A DNA stretch of 64,000 nucleotides from Eubacteriales Family XIII. Incertae Sedis bacterium (GCA_031256875.1 JAIRPQ010000065.1:2264-66263), one strand, 5' to 3'; numbered from the stretch's first letter, positions 44,500 through 54,225 are shown. The notes: generated from the sequence alone by a model not told the origin. Numbers and translations: made by a program.

Positions 44500-44808
44500 T
44501 TACACTACCGCTTCATTGTATTTCTCGTAAATGGTTTTGATGGCCGTGATGATGGCCTTTCTGGTGCTGCCATACCACTGCTTTTCAAACCTGCGTATCA
44601 GCGCTTCGATGCCGCCGTTCAGATTGTACCCGTTGATAAGTTCCGACACGAACTTCCTCGACAGGTTGGTTGAGAGCGAGCAGTCCGATTCAAGAATGAC
44701 GCCGCTTTTGAGGTCAACGGTAACGACTATCACCAAAGTATCATATAGTTTGCTCGACGTGATGTTCGACGGCAGCTTCGCATATCCTGACAACAATACT
44801 GTATTCAT
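44500..44808 (-). CDS. DUF3870-like small protein
   Basis: 102 aa. SGYAKLPSNITSSKLYDTLVIVVTVDLKSGVILESDCSLST... matches my recollection of the DUF3870 pattern. Its stop is 4 nt before the gctA ATG. Confidence 0.6.
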   Translation of the reverse strand: MNTVLLSGYAKLPSNITSSKLYDTLVIVVTVDLKSGVILESDCSLSTNLSRKFVSELINGYNLNGGIEALIRRFEKQWYGSTRKAIITAIKTIYEKYNEAVV

Positions 44809-44859
44809 GGCATTCTCCTTTATGTCTTTTCCACAAGCTAGCTAATTCAGTAACATCCA

Positions 44860-44888
44860 TTATTACCGCATTGCTGCCACCGTGTCAA
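44860..44888 (-). promoter_or_regulatory. Candidate internal sigma-70 promoter for DUF3870-gctAB
   Basis: On the minus strand: TTGACA (44883-44888), a 17-nt spacer, and TAATAA(T) (44859-44865). Confidence 0.5.
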
Positions 44889-44993
44889 GTAGTATATCGC
44901 AATTTGTACGCCTCCGCGCCGCATCGCTGCCTTAGATGCCCTCTGAATACTGCCGTCTCACATCACGCCGAGTGATTCATCTGTGTCCGGCCT

Positions 44994-46472
44994 TTACGCC
45001 GCCCTGTCAGGTTCAGGGGCGGGATTCGGGTCCGAGCCAGATTCTGGTTTTGCGCCCGGCGTCGACTTGTTTTTACCAAAACGCGCCAAGCAGAATAGAC
45101 CAACGCCGATGACGGAAACCACCACGAACATTACCAGGCCGATTGACCCGATGAACGACGGGAGCGATGGTATGAACTCCGTTACCGCGAGGAACGAACA
45201 GAACACGATCGAAAACCACACGAGTGCCGTCCCGCCAGGCACCTTGAACGGCCTTTCTATATCAGGCGATTGCCGGCGTGAAGCCAGCACGCAGATAGAG
45301 ACTATAATCCAGCAGATGAGTATCGAAATCGAACCTACCGCTGTGATGGGATCGATGACACCGAGGCCCAGCATGAGACCTATGAACGAGCAGACGCACG
45401 TGAAGATGACCGCGTTAATCGGCACGTTGTTCTTGTTCATCTTGCTCAGCGACTGCGCCAGCAGACCGCGCTCACCCATCGCCGCGAGAAGTCTCGGCAG
45501 ACCGTACAGGCAGGCGTTCAGCGTTGTCAACAGACCCATGATGACCGAGATGAGCATGATGGTATAGAAGGTCTGCGCCAAGCCATGGTTGTCGGGGAAC
45601 AGCGCGAAGAACAGATTCGGTGCGGCTGGTGTCTCATAGCTGACGAAGCTCTGCCACGGAATGGCGAAGCCGCAGGCGAGTATCTGAAGCATATAGAACA
45701 GTCCCGCCGCGATGGTGCAGACGATAACGCCCTTTCCGACCACCTTGCTGTCGGCATTCGGGTCAGCGTCGGCGATGCCCTGCGGTATCAGATCCATGCC
45801 CGCCATGAAGAACGGCAGCAGCACTATGCATGTAAGGATTCCATCGAAAATGGATTTGTGGCTGTAGCCGTCCACCGTGGTATACAGAGGCTGCAGGTTG
45901 CTGAAATCACCCATCGTGAACATTATAATAGCGGAAAGCAATCCGAGGATGACGAGACCGGCTGTAGCTATGTTTTGGAATCTGGATACAGCCTTTACGC
46001 CTCTGACATTGATGGCCATAAAGATGACGACCAGCAAAACTCCGATAATAATAGATGTGGTGGTAACGTCAACGCCGTTCAGCGACCAGAGGGCGACACC
46101 TGTCGGCAGCGATGGGATGAGCAGCTGTATTATTTCCGTCAGGAACAGCACTTCCCACAAGATGATGCCGAGCCAGCAGACGATGTAGAACCAGCCGCCG
46201 ATGAACGCAATGGGCTTGTTCAGTAGGCGGTTGGCGTAGGCCATAGCCCCGCCGGGCTCTTTGATGATAGATGACATTTCCGCATAGCACAGAGCCATTG
46301 GAATCAGTCCGGCTGTAGCGATAGCGTAGCCGACGACGGCGGGTATCGGGCCGCCGGCTCTCGCGATCCATCCGTTGACATACAGCGCCCACCCGATACC
46401 TACGATGGCACCGAGGCCGATTGTAATGAAGTCGAATGTACCAAGTCCGTTCTTTTTCTTTGAAATGCTCAT
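44994..46472 (-). CDS. APC-superfamily amino acid/polyamine permease
   Basis: About 492 aa with 12 predicted TM helices and a GTFDFITIGLGAIVGIGW type N-terminus. The start is set at ATG 46472 (AAGGAGAAG RBS). Confidence 0.85.
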   Translation of the reverse strand: MSISKKKNGLGTFDFITIGLGAIVGIGWALYVNGWIARAGGPIPAVVGYAIATAGLIPMALCYAEMSSIIKEPGGAMAYANRLLNKPIAFIGGWFYIVCWLGIILWEVLFLTEIIQLLIPSLPTGVALWSLNGVDVTTTSIIIGVLLVVIFMAINVRGVKAVSRFQNIATAGLVILGLLSAIIMFTMGDFSNLQPLYTTVDGYSHKSIFDGILTCIVLLPFFMAGMDLIPQGIADADPNADSKVVGKGVIVCTIAAGLFYMLQILACGFAIPWQSFVSYETPAAPNLFFALFPDNHGLAQTFYTIMLISVIMGLLTTLNACLYGLPRLLAAMGERGLLAQSLSKMNKNNVPINAVIFTCVCSFIGLMLGLGVIDPITAVGSISILICWIIVSICVLASRRQSPDIERPFKVPGGTALVWFSIVFCSFLAVTEFIPSLPSFIGSIGLVMFVVVSVIGVGLFCLARFGKNKSTPGAKPESGSDPNPAPEPDRAA

Positions 46473-46631
46473 GACTTCTCCTTTTACTCCTAATTTAATG
46501 TATAATAGCAATAACGAGTAGCAATGTTTGGCTGAACGTGTTCGCCAAGCATGGTTGCTTGATACTGGGCCTTTCCTCGTTTCGGAAAAGAGTTGGCGGG
46601 GAAAGGTCTTGATTTTTGTTTAGCCGACCGG

Positions 46632-47717
46632 CTAAATGCTGTTCACGTAATGCTCCATCGGCTTCAAGAGATATTGCCCGTTCGCCATCCTGTCGGTGGA
46701 CACATAACCCGACGGACTGTCTATCAGCACCGGTATGCGGTTCACGATGTCGGCGCATGTCAGCTCCACGGTAGCCGGATTGTCTACCTTGATGGCCGTG
46801 TATGGCTCGCCGTAGAGACTCCAGTCGTTCGTGTCGATTTCGCCGGGCGCGTAGACCTTGCCTATAGATTCCGTTACCAGCGTGACACCCTCGGCTGTCT
46901 TGGTCGTGACGACAGAACCCATGCCTGTAACATTTCCCGCCTTGATGGTCATGCCCAAGGTTTTCGAATGCAAGTCCTCGGAATGCGTCTTGGGTATATT
47001 CTTTTGTGTCTGGGAAATAATAGTCAGACCGAGCCTGCTGGCCAGCCAGCCGTTCTGCGTCCACATATATGACGGAATCCATTCGCCTTTCTCGATTAGC
47101 TCCTGTATCATCTCATAAGTGTAGTCGTTGTAACCTCCGAGCTTTTCATAGAACTCCTCCAGCGTGAGTCCGGCGCCATGCCCTTCAGCGAGCGCGATGC
47201 CGTAGTCCTCGACGTTATAGCTGGAGCTGCCCTTGATTTTGTCAATGCTGTTCATCGATGCCGCTATGGTAGTAATCAGCACGCCCCAATAGAGGTCGGG
47301 ATAGCCGCTTCCGGCCAGGGTGCAGCCACCGGCTTTCGCGAGCGCGTCCAGCTCTTCAGCGAGCTTGGGCGCGGAGTTCCACGGAAAGAGACTCTCCTCG
47401 CATGTCGAAATCGCGTTCACGCCGTTTTTCGCGCAGATGGAGAACGGTTCGAATATTTCGTCCACCGTGCTGCGCGTCGCCACGATGCATACATCGGGCT
47501 TCGTGTCCGCGATGACCTTCGCCATGTCCGCCGAGTCCGAGACCTTGATGCCCGTAGGCTCGGAAATGCCCATGATGTCGCTGATATCTTTGCCGATGGC
47601 GGCATCGCTCATGTCGAACGCCGCGACTGGCTCCGCGCCGTGTTCGATAGCGTAGCGCATGAGGTATTTGCCCATCCTGCCCGTGCCGTATTGCGCGAAT
47701 TTTACTTTGCGTTTCAT
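46632..47717 (-). CDS. DapB-like NAD(P)-dependent oxidoreductase, 2,4-diaminopentanoate-dehydrogenase / native amine dehydrogenase family (tentative)
   Basis: 361 aa with an N-terminal Rossmann VKFAQYGTGRMGKY. Overall length and layout resemble Ord/AmDH-family enzymes as I recall them; this has not been verified by search. Confidence 0.5.
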   Translation of the reverse strand: MKRKVKFAQYGTGRMGKYLMRYAIEHGAEPVAAFDMSDAAIGKDISDIMGISEPTGIKVSDSADMAKVIADTKPDVCIVATRSTVDEIFEPFSICAKNGVNAISTCEESLFPWNSAPKLAEELDALAKAGGCTLAGSGYPDLYWGVLITTIAASMNSIDKIKGSSSYNVEDYGIALAEGHGAGLTLEEFYEKLGGYNDYTYEMIQELIEKGEWIPSYMWTQNGWLASRLGLTIISQTQKNIPKTHSEDLHSKTLGMTIKAGNVTGMGSVVTTKTAEGVTLVTESIGKVYAPGEIDTNDWSLYGEPYTAIKVDNPATVELTCADIVNRIPVLIDSPSGYVSTDRMANGQYLLKPMEHYVNSI

Positions 47718-47738
47718 GTTGTCACCTCCAAAATCCGA

Positions 47739-47758
47739 GCCGCGCCAAAAGGCGCGGC
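47739..47758 (-). terminator. Strong GC hairpin between gcdA and the amine-dehydrogenase-like gene
   Basis: GCCGCGCC-AAAA-GGCGCGGC (8-bp stem). On the minus strand it is followed by UCGGAUUUUGG and then the GGAGGTG RBS. It is likely a partial terminator or mRNA stabiliser. Confidence 0.5.
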
Positions 47759-47767
47759 CCGAACAAA

Positions 47768-49510
47768 TTACCCTTTGATGATGCGTGGGGTCAGCAGATG
47801 GTGAACCGCGCAGAACGATTCGGGGTTCTGGTAATACGAACCGACGAACGCCTTGCAGTAGTCACGCAGCTTCGGCATATCAACAACCTCGTCCACCATG
47901 CCTCTGATGGCCGCGAACTTCGGCCTGGACGATTCGTCGTAGTGCTTGATGATCTCGTTCATCTTCGCGATAGTCTCATCCAGCGGCTTGCCGGAATCCT
48001 TGTCCTTCACGAGCCTGCGGGCATAGGTAGCTGCCGCCGCCGTCTCGCCGTGCATGACGTAGATCTCCGTCGCGCCCGTGCCGAGCGTGAACGCATTGTT
48101 GTTGTTCGCCTGCGGTCCGCCTAGCACGTAGTGCGCGGCTGCCGAGCCTTTGCGGAGGACTATGGTCATCATCGGATTGTTCGACTGCTCGATGGAGTAG
48201 ATGAGCGACATGCCCAGCCCGAGCATTTCCGCCTGCTCCGCAACGTCGCCAACGTCGATGCCCGACGTATCCTGAAGCCAGATGATGGGTGTGCGGTCGC
48301 GACCACAAGTGGTCACAAATTCGCTCATCTTGATGAGACCCTCGCGATAGAGCTTGCCGCCCACGCCCGGGTAGTCCGCGTATTTCGGATAGTCGGCACC
48401 GAGGCCGCCCGAATTGTTCGCCACAAAGCCGCAGAGGAAACCGTCGATCTTCGCAAGTCCGCAGTAGACTTCCGGACCGTAGTCGGGCCTGAACTCCATA
48501 TGCTCGCTGTTATCGAAGATACGCGCCAGCACTTCCTTCATGTCGTATGTCCTGCGCGGGTTCATCGGAACTAGGCTGTAGAGATCCTCGGCGGGATACT
48601 TGGGCTCCGCGGGTTCGGCGACGCGGAAGAATTTCGGGTCATACGCGGGAAGCGTATCCATGTAAGCCTTGATGTCGTCCAGCACTTCTTCCTCGGTGTC
48701 GCAGACGTCGCGGATGAAGCCTGTGCTTCCGTGGTGAATCTCAACACGCCCCGGAGGGGTGGCCTTGAGCTTCTTCGTGTTCTCAATGAGTCCTTCGGCC
48801 ACTTCGTCGTCAATGAATCCCTTCGGCTTCATGCCGCTGACGATGCCCGCGCCGCCGACCGACATATTCGCGTCTTTGTGCGCGATGAGTATCGACGGGC
48901 TGATGGAGTGGTAGCCACCGCCGGCGGGGTTCGTCCCGTAGATGCCTACGATGATAGGCACGCCGAGCTTCTGCAGTTCGGCATGGCGGAAGAACGGAGC
49001 GCCGCTGCCGCGCCTGTCGGGGAAGATGTTCTCATGCTCGCTGAGCTTCACGCCGCTGCAATTCAGCACCCATACGAGCGGCAGTTTCAGACGCTTTGCG
49101 ATGTCCGTGACGCGCAGCACGTTGTCCGCCTGCCCCGAGAGCCACGCACCCGCGATGATCTTGTTGTTCGACGCGATGATGATGGCCCATTTGCCGTTGA
49201 TCTTGCCAAGGCCGTCGATGACGTTGGACGTTCCCTCGGCGTTCTCGGCGGGGTCGTAGATGGTGTGCAGCGGGCACCATGTACCCGGGTCGATAAGGTA
49301 TTCGATGCGCTGCCACGCAGTCCACTCGCCCTTTTCGTTCATCTTCTCATCGGGCTTTCCCGAGGTCTTGACGCGCTCTACCTCGGCCGCGATGATAGCT
49401 TCCTGTTCTTTCAGTTCTTCGGCATTCTTCGCCAGCTCGCGTTTTAGCTCGCTGCCGATGCCGGGCATTTCCGCAAAATACGGGTGAAGCGGATAACCAT
49501 AATCTGACAT
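47768..49510 (-). CDS. gcdA: Glutaconyl-CoA decarboxylase alpha subunit (carboxyltransferase)
   Basis: 580 aa. GIYGTNPAGGGYHSISP, LNCSGVK and the C-terminal YQNPESFCAVHHLLTPRIIKG track the Acidaminococcus GcdA sequence as I recall it. Confidence 0.9.
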   Translation of the reverse strand: MSDYGYPLHPYFAEMPGIGSELKRELAKNAEELKEQEAIIAAEVERVKTSGKPDEKMNEKGEWTAWQRIEYLIDPGTWCPLHTIYDPAENAEGTSNVIDGLGKINGKWAIIIASNNKIIAGAWLSGQADNVLRVTDIAKRLKLPLVWVLNCSGVKLSEHENIFPDRRGSGAPFFRHAELQKLGVPIIVGIYGTNPAGGGYHSISPSILIAHKDANMSVGGAGIVSGMKPKGFIDDEVAEGLIENTKKLKATPPGRVEIHHGSTGFIRDVCDTEEEVLDDIKAYMDTLPAYDPKFFRVAEPAEPKYPAEDLYSLVPMNPRRTYDMKEVLARIFDNSEHMEFRPDYGPEVYCGLAKIDGFLCGFVANNSGGLGADYPKYADYPGVGGKLYREGLIKMSEFVTTCGRDRTPIIWLQDTSGIDVGDVAEQAEMLGLGMSLIYSIEQSNNPMMTIVLRKGSAAAHYVLGGPQANNNNAFTLGTGATEIYVMHGETAAAATYARRLVKDKDSGKPLDETIAKMNEIIKHYDESSRPKFAAIRGMVDEVVDMPKLRDYCKAFVGSYYQNPESFCAVHHLLTPRIIKG

Positions 49511-49534
49511 TTAACTACCTCCTTGTGGTTCAAA

Positions 49535-50743
49535 CTACTGCATGCTTCCAACTATTGTTATGTAAAGCCCTGTGAGTATCGCTGTGGTGATGACTCCGCA
49601 TATAGACGCGCCCATGGCGTACTGCAAAATCATCACGCGCTTGTTGACCTTCTGGGCCTCCTTCTGCGCTATCTTGGCCGTAGTGGGTATACACGACACA
49701 CCGGCCACGCCTATGACTGGGTTGAACTTCTTGCCTGTGAACCGGTACACGACGTACCCGCCAATCATGCCGCCTACGGCCGCAAGCGCGAGCGCTATGA
49801 TGCCGAGCACCAGCAGCACGAGAATCTTCGGGTTCAGCAGCGTGCTCGCTTCGCACAACACTCCGAGCAGCAGCCCGAGGAAGAACGTCGCGCCGTAGAG
49901 CAGCACATCTTCAAGAAGATTCATATACTTGAACACACCTGATTCCTTGATGGCGTTTCCGAGGAAGAAGCTCAGGAAAAGCGGTGCGGCTACGGGGAAT
50001 AGCAGGCAGAGCGCCGTTCCCGCTACCATGTCGAATATAATCTTCTCCATCGGCTTGATGTCGTCGATTCTCCTCGACGGCTTCACGGCTATACCGCGCA
50101 GATGCTTCGGTATCACCAGCTTAATGAGGTACGGATACCCCGCGTAGCACAGGCTGAGATACAGATACGCGACTATCGTGATTGGCACGAATAAGTCCTT
50201 TGCGAGCATGAGCGACGAGTACAGAACCATCGGTCCGTCGGCGCCGCCCACGAGGGCTATAGCGGCCGCGTCACCGTAGTCCAGACCCATAGCGTGCGCT
50301 ATCGGGAATGTGGCAATCGAGCCCAGCTCCGCGAACATCGCTATGAACATGCTCGTGAACGGGAATTTCAGCAGGTTGCCTACATCCGATATGGTGCCCA
50401 GCCCCATGAATACGAGACAGGCGATCAGGCCGTTGCTGAATGTGAGCGAGTATACGGGCTGCAGGAAATCTATCTGCATGATTTCCATAAGGCCGTTCGT
50501 GTCGCTGACCAGCGGGTCCATGAATATCGTGCCTATCTTGCCCGCGTCGAGGAACAGCACGCCCGCGTTGACCGCCGCCATGCCGAAGCCCATCGGTATC
50601 ATGATGAGCGGCTCAAGCGTTTTCTTGACGCCGAGGTACACGAGGAACAGTCCCGCTACGATGAGCGCGATGCGCCCTATCGCGATAGCCGGCTCCTGAG
50701 CGAAGAGGGTGCCTATACCTTGAAAGAGTTGTACCATATTCAT
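49535..50743 (-). CDS. gcdB: Na+-translocating decarboxylase beta subunit (GcdB/OadB/MmdB family)
   Basis: 402-aa polytopic membrane protein. Its start overlaps the stop of the upstream small anchor subunit (ATGA). Confidence 0.88.
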   Translation of the reverse strand: MNMVQLFQGIGTLFAQEPAIAIGRIALIVAGLFLVYLGVKKTLEPLIMIPMGFGMAAVNAGVLFLDAGKIGTIFMDPLVSDTNGLMEIMQIDFLQPVYSLTFSNGLIACLVFMGLGTISDVGNLLKFPFTSMFIAMFAELGSIATFPIAHAMGLDYGDAAAIALVGGADGPMVLYSSLMLAKDLFVPITIVAYLYLSLCYAGYPYLIKLVIPKHLRGIAVKPSRRIDDIKPMEKIIFDMVAGTALCLLFPVAAPLFLSFFLGNAIKESGVFKYMNLLEDVLLYGATFFLGLLLGVLCEASTLLNPKILVLLVLGIIALALAAVGGMIGGYVVYRFTGKKFNPVIGVAGVSCIPTTAKIAQKEAQKVNKRVMILQYAMGASICGVITTAILTGLYITIVGSMQ

Positions 50744-51081
50744 GCCGCACCCTCCTTCCCGCTCTCGCCGTTGCCATTGGTGCCGGCTTCGGGCTTGCCC
50801 TCGGCTGCTTCGGCCTTGGCCGTGCTGCCTGCGTCGGGCTCGCCTTTGCCTTCTGATTTGGTTTCGCTGTCAGCGCTTTTCGGCGCCTCCGGCGAAGCCT
50901 TCTTGCCTTCGTCTTTCTTTTCGGCACTGCCGCCGGCCTGCCCGTCCTGCGTTTTAGCTGCCGCCTGCTTGTTGCCGCGCCTGATAATCAACAGTATGAT
51001 TTTGATGAGGAATGCCATGCCCAAGGCTATGACGAACCCCAGAAAATACACCTGTAAGGCGATGCTTATTGATTCATCCAT
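50740..51081 (-). CDS. gcdD: Decarboxylase membrane-anchor subunit (OadG/GcdD-like)
   Basis: 113 aa with one N-terminal TM helix (IALQVYFLGFVIALGMAFLIKIILLII) and a Lys/Ala/Glu/Gly-rich tail. GGAG RBS. Confidence 0.7.
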   Translation of the reverse strand: MDESISIALQVYFLGFVIALGMAFLIKIILLIIRRGNKQAAAKTQDGQAGGSAEKKDEGKKASPEAPKSADSETKSEGKGEPDAGSTAKAEAAEGKPEAGTNGNGESGKEGAA

Positions 51082-51132
51082 TGTAGTCTCCGTTTACCGC
51101 ACTATTGCTGTATCGATTGATTACGACTCTGG

Positions 51133-51231
51133 CTACATGATTTCTTTGCGAATCATTATCGCGAATATCGCTATCACCGCGACGATAACCGCCACGCATA
51201 TGATAATAGTGGGTGCGTCCCATGTAAACAT
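51133..51231 (-). CDS. 32-aa single-TM peptide, unannotated (possible extra decarboxylase/Etf-associated subunit)
   Basis: Hand-translated: MFTWDAPTIIICVAVIVAVIAIFAIMIRKEIM. A strong RBS AAGGAG lies 8 nt upstream and overlaps the etfA stop region. It sits between etfA and gcdD. Confidence 0.5.
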   Translation of the reverse strand: MFTWDAPTIIICVAVIVAVIAIFAIMIRKEIM

Positions 51232-51243
51232 GCTATAACTCCT

Positions 51244-52233
51244 TTACTGAAGCTTTTTAAATTCTTCCGTCAACAGCGGAACCACCTCGAACAGGTCGCC
51301 CACGATGCCGTAGTCCGCGAGGGTGAAGATGTTCGCTTCGGGGTCCTTGTTGATGGCTACGATATACTTCGACGTACCCATGCCCGCGAGATGCTGTATC
51401 GCGCCCGAGATGCCGGCTGCGATGTAGAGCGTGGGCGACACGGTCTTGCCGGTCTGACCTACCTGGTACATCTCCTCGCGCCATCCCGCGTCGACTGCGG
51501 CGCGCGAAGCGCCGACGGCCGCGCCGATGACATCGGCAAGCTCCTCAAGTATCGCGAAATTCTCCGGACCCTTCATGCCGCGTCCGCCGGAGACGATAAT
51601 CTCGGCTTCGATGAGCTCGGGGCGCGTCGATGTGGCCATGACGATTTCCTTCACGACGGCTTTCAAGTCCGCGGGATCGATGTCCGCGCTTCCGTTCACT
51701 GTCTCGGCCTTGCGCGAAGTGTCGGGCTCGCTGACTGCGAAGGTGTTCGGGCGCACCGTAGCGAGCACGGGCCTGACCTCCGTAGATGTTACCGTAACGG
51801 CCTTGCCGCCGTACACCGAACGCGTGAATTTCAGCAGCTTGTCCGCGTCGTACGCGACCTCGACGACATCCGTGGCCGCGCCTACGCCAAGGCGCTGCGC
51901 GAGCCTGGGTGCGAGGTCCTTGCCGATGGCGGTGTTGCCGATGAGAACCGCTGACGGCTCGCCACTGCTTATCGCCTGGTTCAGCACGGAGGTGTATGCG
52001 CCCGTGGTGTAGTCCTTCAGCTTTTCATCGTCGATTATTATCACTTTGTCCGCGCCGTATGACGCGGCTTCGTCAGCCAGCCCTGCAATGCCGCTGCCAA
52101 CTATGACGGCAGTAAGCGGTTCTCCGGCCTGGTCCGCTATCTTGCGCCCCTCGGAAAGCATCTCGAACGATACCTTCTTCATTACGGCGTCTTTCTGTTC
52201 TATTATTATCCAAATACCGTTTGCCATGTTCAA
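51244..52233 (-). CDS. etfA: Electron transfer flavoprotein alpha subunit
   Basis: 329 aa with the typical EtfA C-terminal FAD-binding region (...[16 protein letters not shown]...). Confidence 0.92.
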   Translation of the reverse strand: MNMANGIWIIIEQKDAVMKKVSFEMLSEGRKIADQAGEPLTAVIVGSGIAGLADEAASYGADKVIIIDDEKLKDYTTGAYTSVLNQAISSGEPSAVLIGNTAIGKDLAPRLAQRLGVGAATDVVEVAYDADKLLKFTRSVYGGKAVTVTSTEVRPVLATVRPNTFAVSEPDTSRKAETVNGSADIDPADLKAVVKEIVMATSTRPELIEAEIIVSGGRGMKGPENFAILEELADVIGAAVGASRAAVDAGWREEMYQVGQTGKTVSPTLYIAAGISGAIQHLAGMGTSKYIVAINKDPEANIFTLADYGIVGDLFEVVPLLTEEFKKLQ

Positions 52234-52246
52234 AACCTCCTCTGTG

Positions 52247-53023
52247 TCAAATGACCTTTGCTTCTTCGTGCAACAGGCGCACGAGTTCCGGCGCGGTTTC
52301 CGCGGCTTCGCCTTTGAGGATGGTTCCGGCTTCGCGCGGCGTCGGCAGGCTTACGCTGTCAATGACGAATTTGGCCGCCACATCGCCGGCAGCTTTGCCA
52401 ACCGCGGCGAGGTCCTTCTTTTCCAAGGGCTTGCTTTTCGCCTTCATGATGCCCATCATATTCGGCAGGCGCGGCTCGTTCAGACCCTTCTGCGCGGTGA
52501 GCATGGCGGGCAGCGGCACTTCGATAATCTCGTTGCCGCCGTCTATCTCGCGCGTAACCGTGGCGACGGTGCCGTCGGTTTCGAATTTCAGGATGGAGCT
52601 GACTGACGGTATGCCGAGGGCTTCCGCCACGCGCACCGCCACCTGGCCCGACGCGTCGTCTACCGCGATGCGACCGGCGAAGATGATGTCGTACTCCACA
52701 TCCTTCAGCGCGGCGGCGACAGCTTCGGCGGCCGCCCACTCGTCCGCGCCATCAAGCGCTTCGTCTGATACGAGGATCGACTTGTCGCAGCCCATGGCAA
52801 GCGCGGTGCGAAGAGCCTGCTCCGCAACATCGCCGCCGGCCGTTACGACCGTGATCTCGCTGCCTTCGCCCTGAGCTTCCTTCAGCGTGAGGGCTTCCTC
52901 GATGGCGAACTCGTCATACGGGTTGATGACGAGGGTGACGCCCGTGGGGTCCACCTTGCCGCCGCTTATGACGATTTTCGCTTCTGTATCGAATGTCTGT
53001 TTCAGCAATACAACTATATTCAT
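52247..53023 (-). CDS. etfB: Electron transfer flavoprotein beta subunit
   Basis: 258 aa: MNIVVLLKQTFDTEAKI...INPYDEFAIEEAL. The bcd-etfB-etfA order matches clostridial butyryl-CoA dehydrogenase operons. Confidence 0.92.
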   Translation of the reverse strand: MNIVVLLKQTFDTEAKIVISGGKVDPTGVTLVINPYDEFAIEEALTLKEAQGEGSEITVVTAGGDVAEQALRTALAMGCDKSILVSDEALDGADEWAAAEAVAAALKDVEYDIIFAGRIAVDDASGQVAVRVAEALGIPSVSSILKFETDGTVATVTREIDGGNEIIEVPLPAMLTAQKGLNEPRLPNMMGIMKAKSKPLEKKDLAAVGKAAGDVAAKFVIDSVSLPTPREAGTILKGEAAETAPELVRLLHEEAKVI

Positions 53024-53054
53024 ATGCTGCCTCCTATTACATAAATGTTATTCA

Positions 53055-54200
53055 TCAATCCTTCAGGATATTCGCCGCGATGACCATTCTCTGGACTTCG
53101 CTCGTGCCTTCGTATATCTCCGTGATTTTCGCGTCGCGCATGAAACGCTCCGCCGGATACTCGCGCGTATATCCGTATCCGCCGAATATCTGCACCGCCT
53201 GTGTCGCAACCTTGTTGGCGGTCTCGGACGCGAATACCTTCGCCATCGCCGCGTAGTAGTTCGTCGCGCGGTCGTACTTCGATGCGTAGGAACACGCTTC
53301 GTACACGAGCAGGCGCGCGGCTTCTATCTGCATGGCCATGTCCGCGAGCTTGAACTGCGTTATCTGGAAGTTCGAGATAGGCTGACCAAACTGCTCGCGC
53401 TCCTTCGAATATTTCAGAGCGGCTTCGTACGCGCCCTGCGCGATGCCGACTGCCTGCGACGCGATGCCGATGCGACCATAGTCGAGCGTCTGAAGCGCCA
53501 CTTTGAAACCGTTGCCCTCTCCGCCGAGCAGGTTCTCCTCGGGGATGCGTACGTTTTCGAATACCAGCTCATAGGTGGCCGACGAGCGGATGCCCATCTT
53601 CTTCTCTTTTTTGCCGAAGGTGAAGCCCGGCGTGTCCTTCTCGAGGATGAACGCTGCGATGCCCTTGTTGCCTTTTTCCTTGTCCATCTGCGCCGTTATC
53701 ACATAGGTGTCGGCATAGTAGCCGTTCGTGATGAAGACCTTGCTGCCGTTGATGACATACTCGTTGCCTTCCTTGACGGCGGTCGTGCGCGTGCCGCTGG
53801 CATCCGAACCGGCCATGGCTTCCGTAAGCCCGAAAGCGCCCATCTTCTGACCGGTGGCGAGCGGCGGCAGGAATTTCTTTTTCTGCTCGTCCGTGCCGAA
53901 CATGTAGATGGGGTTCGCGCAGAGGCTGGCGTGCGCCGAAACCGTGACGCCGAGGGACGGATCCACGCGGGACAGCTCCTCAACCACGAGGGAATACGTC
54001 ACATAGTCCTGACCCAGTCCGCCGTACTCCTCTGGGAAGGTGATGCCTACGAGACCCAGCTCGGCACAGGCATTCCACAGGTCTACGGGGAACTCCTCTT
54101 TCTCGTCGCGCTCCTCTATGCCAGGGGCTACCTGTTCTTCCGCAAATTTGCGTACCATGTCCTTTATCATTAACTGTTCGTCTGTATATTGAAAATCCAT
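53055..54200 (-). CDS. bcd: Short-chain (butyryl-CoA type) acyl-CoA dehydrogenase
   Basis: 381 aa with the catalytic-base region IYEGTSEVQRMVIA typical of SCAD/Bcd. Confidence 0.85.
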   Translation of the reverse strand: MDFQYTDEQLMIKDMVRKFAEEQVAPGIEERDEKEEFPVDLWNACAELGLVGITFPEEYGGLGQDYVTYSLVVEELSRVDPSLGVTVSAHASLCANPIYMFGTDEQKKKFLPPLATGQKMGAFGLTEAMAGSDASGTRTTAVKEGNEYVINGSKVFITNGYYADTYVITAQMDKEKGNKGIAAFILEKDTPGFTFGKKEKKMGIRSSATYELVFENVRIPEENLLGGEGNGFKVALQTLDYGRIGIASQAVGIAQGAYEAALKYSKEREQFGQPISNFQITQFKLADMAMQIEAARLLVYEACSYASKYDRATNYYAAMAKVFASETANKVATQAVQIFGGYGYTREYPAERFMRDAKITEIYEGTSEVQRMVIAANILKD

Positions 54201-54225
54201 TTGTCGCTCCTTGTATTACAATGTG

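Noticed and set aside
42847-50743. Interpretation of gctAB+gcdAB as the classical hydroxyglutarate pathway of glutamate fermentation
   Set aside because: No 2-hydroxyglutaryl-CoA dehydratase/activator (hgdCAB) or 2-hydroxyglutarate dehydrogenase gene is present in or next to the cluster. Instead, aminotransferases, an acylating semialdehyde dehydrogenase and a GCDH-like enzyme are present.
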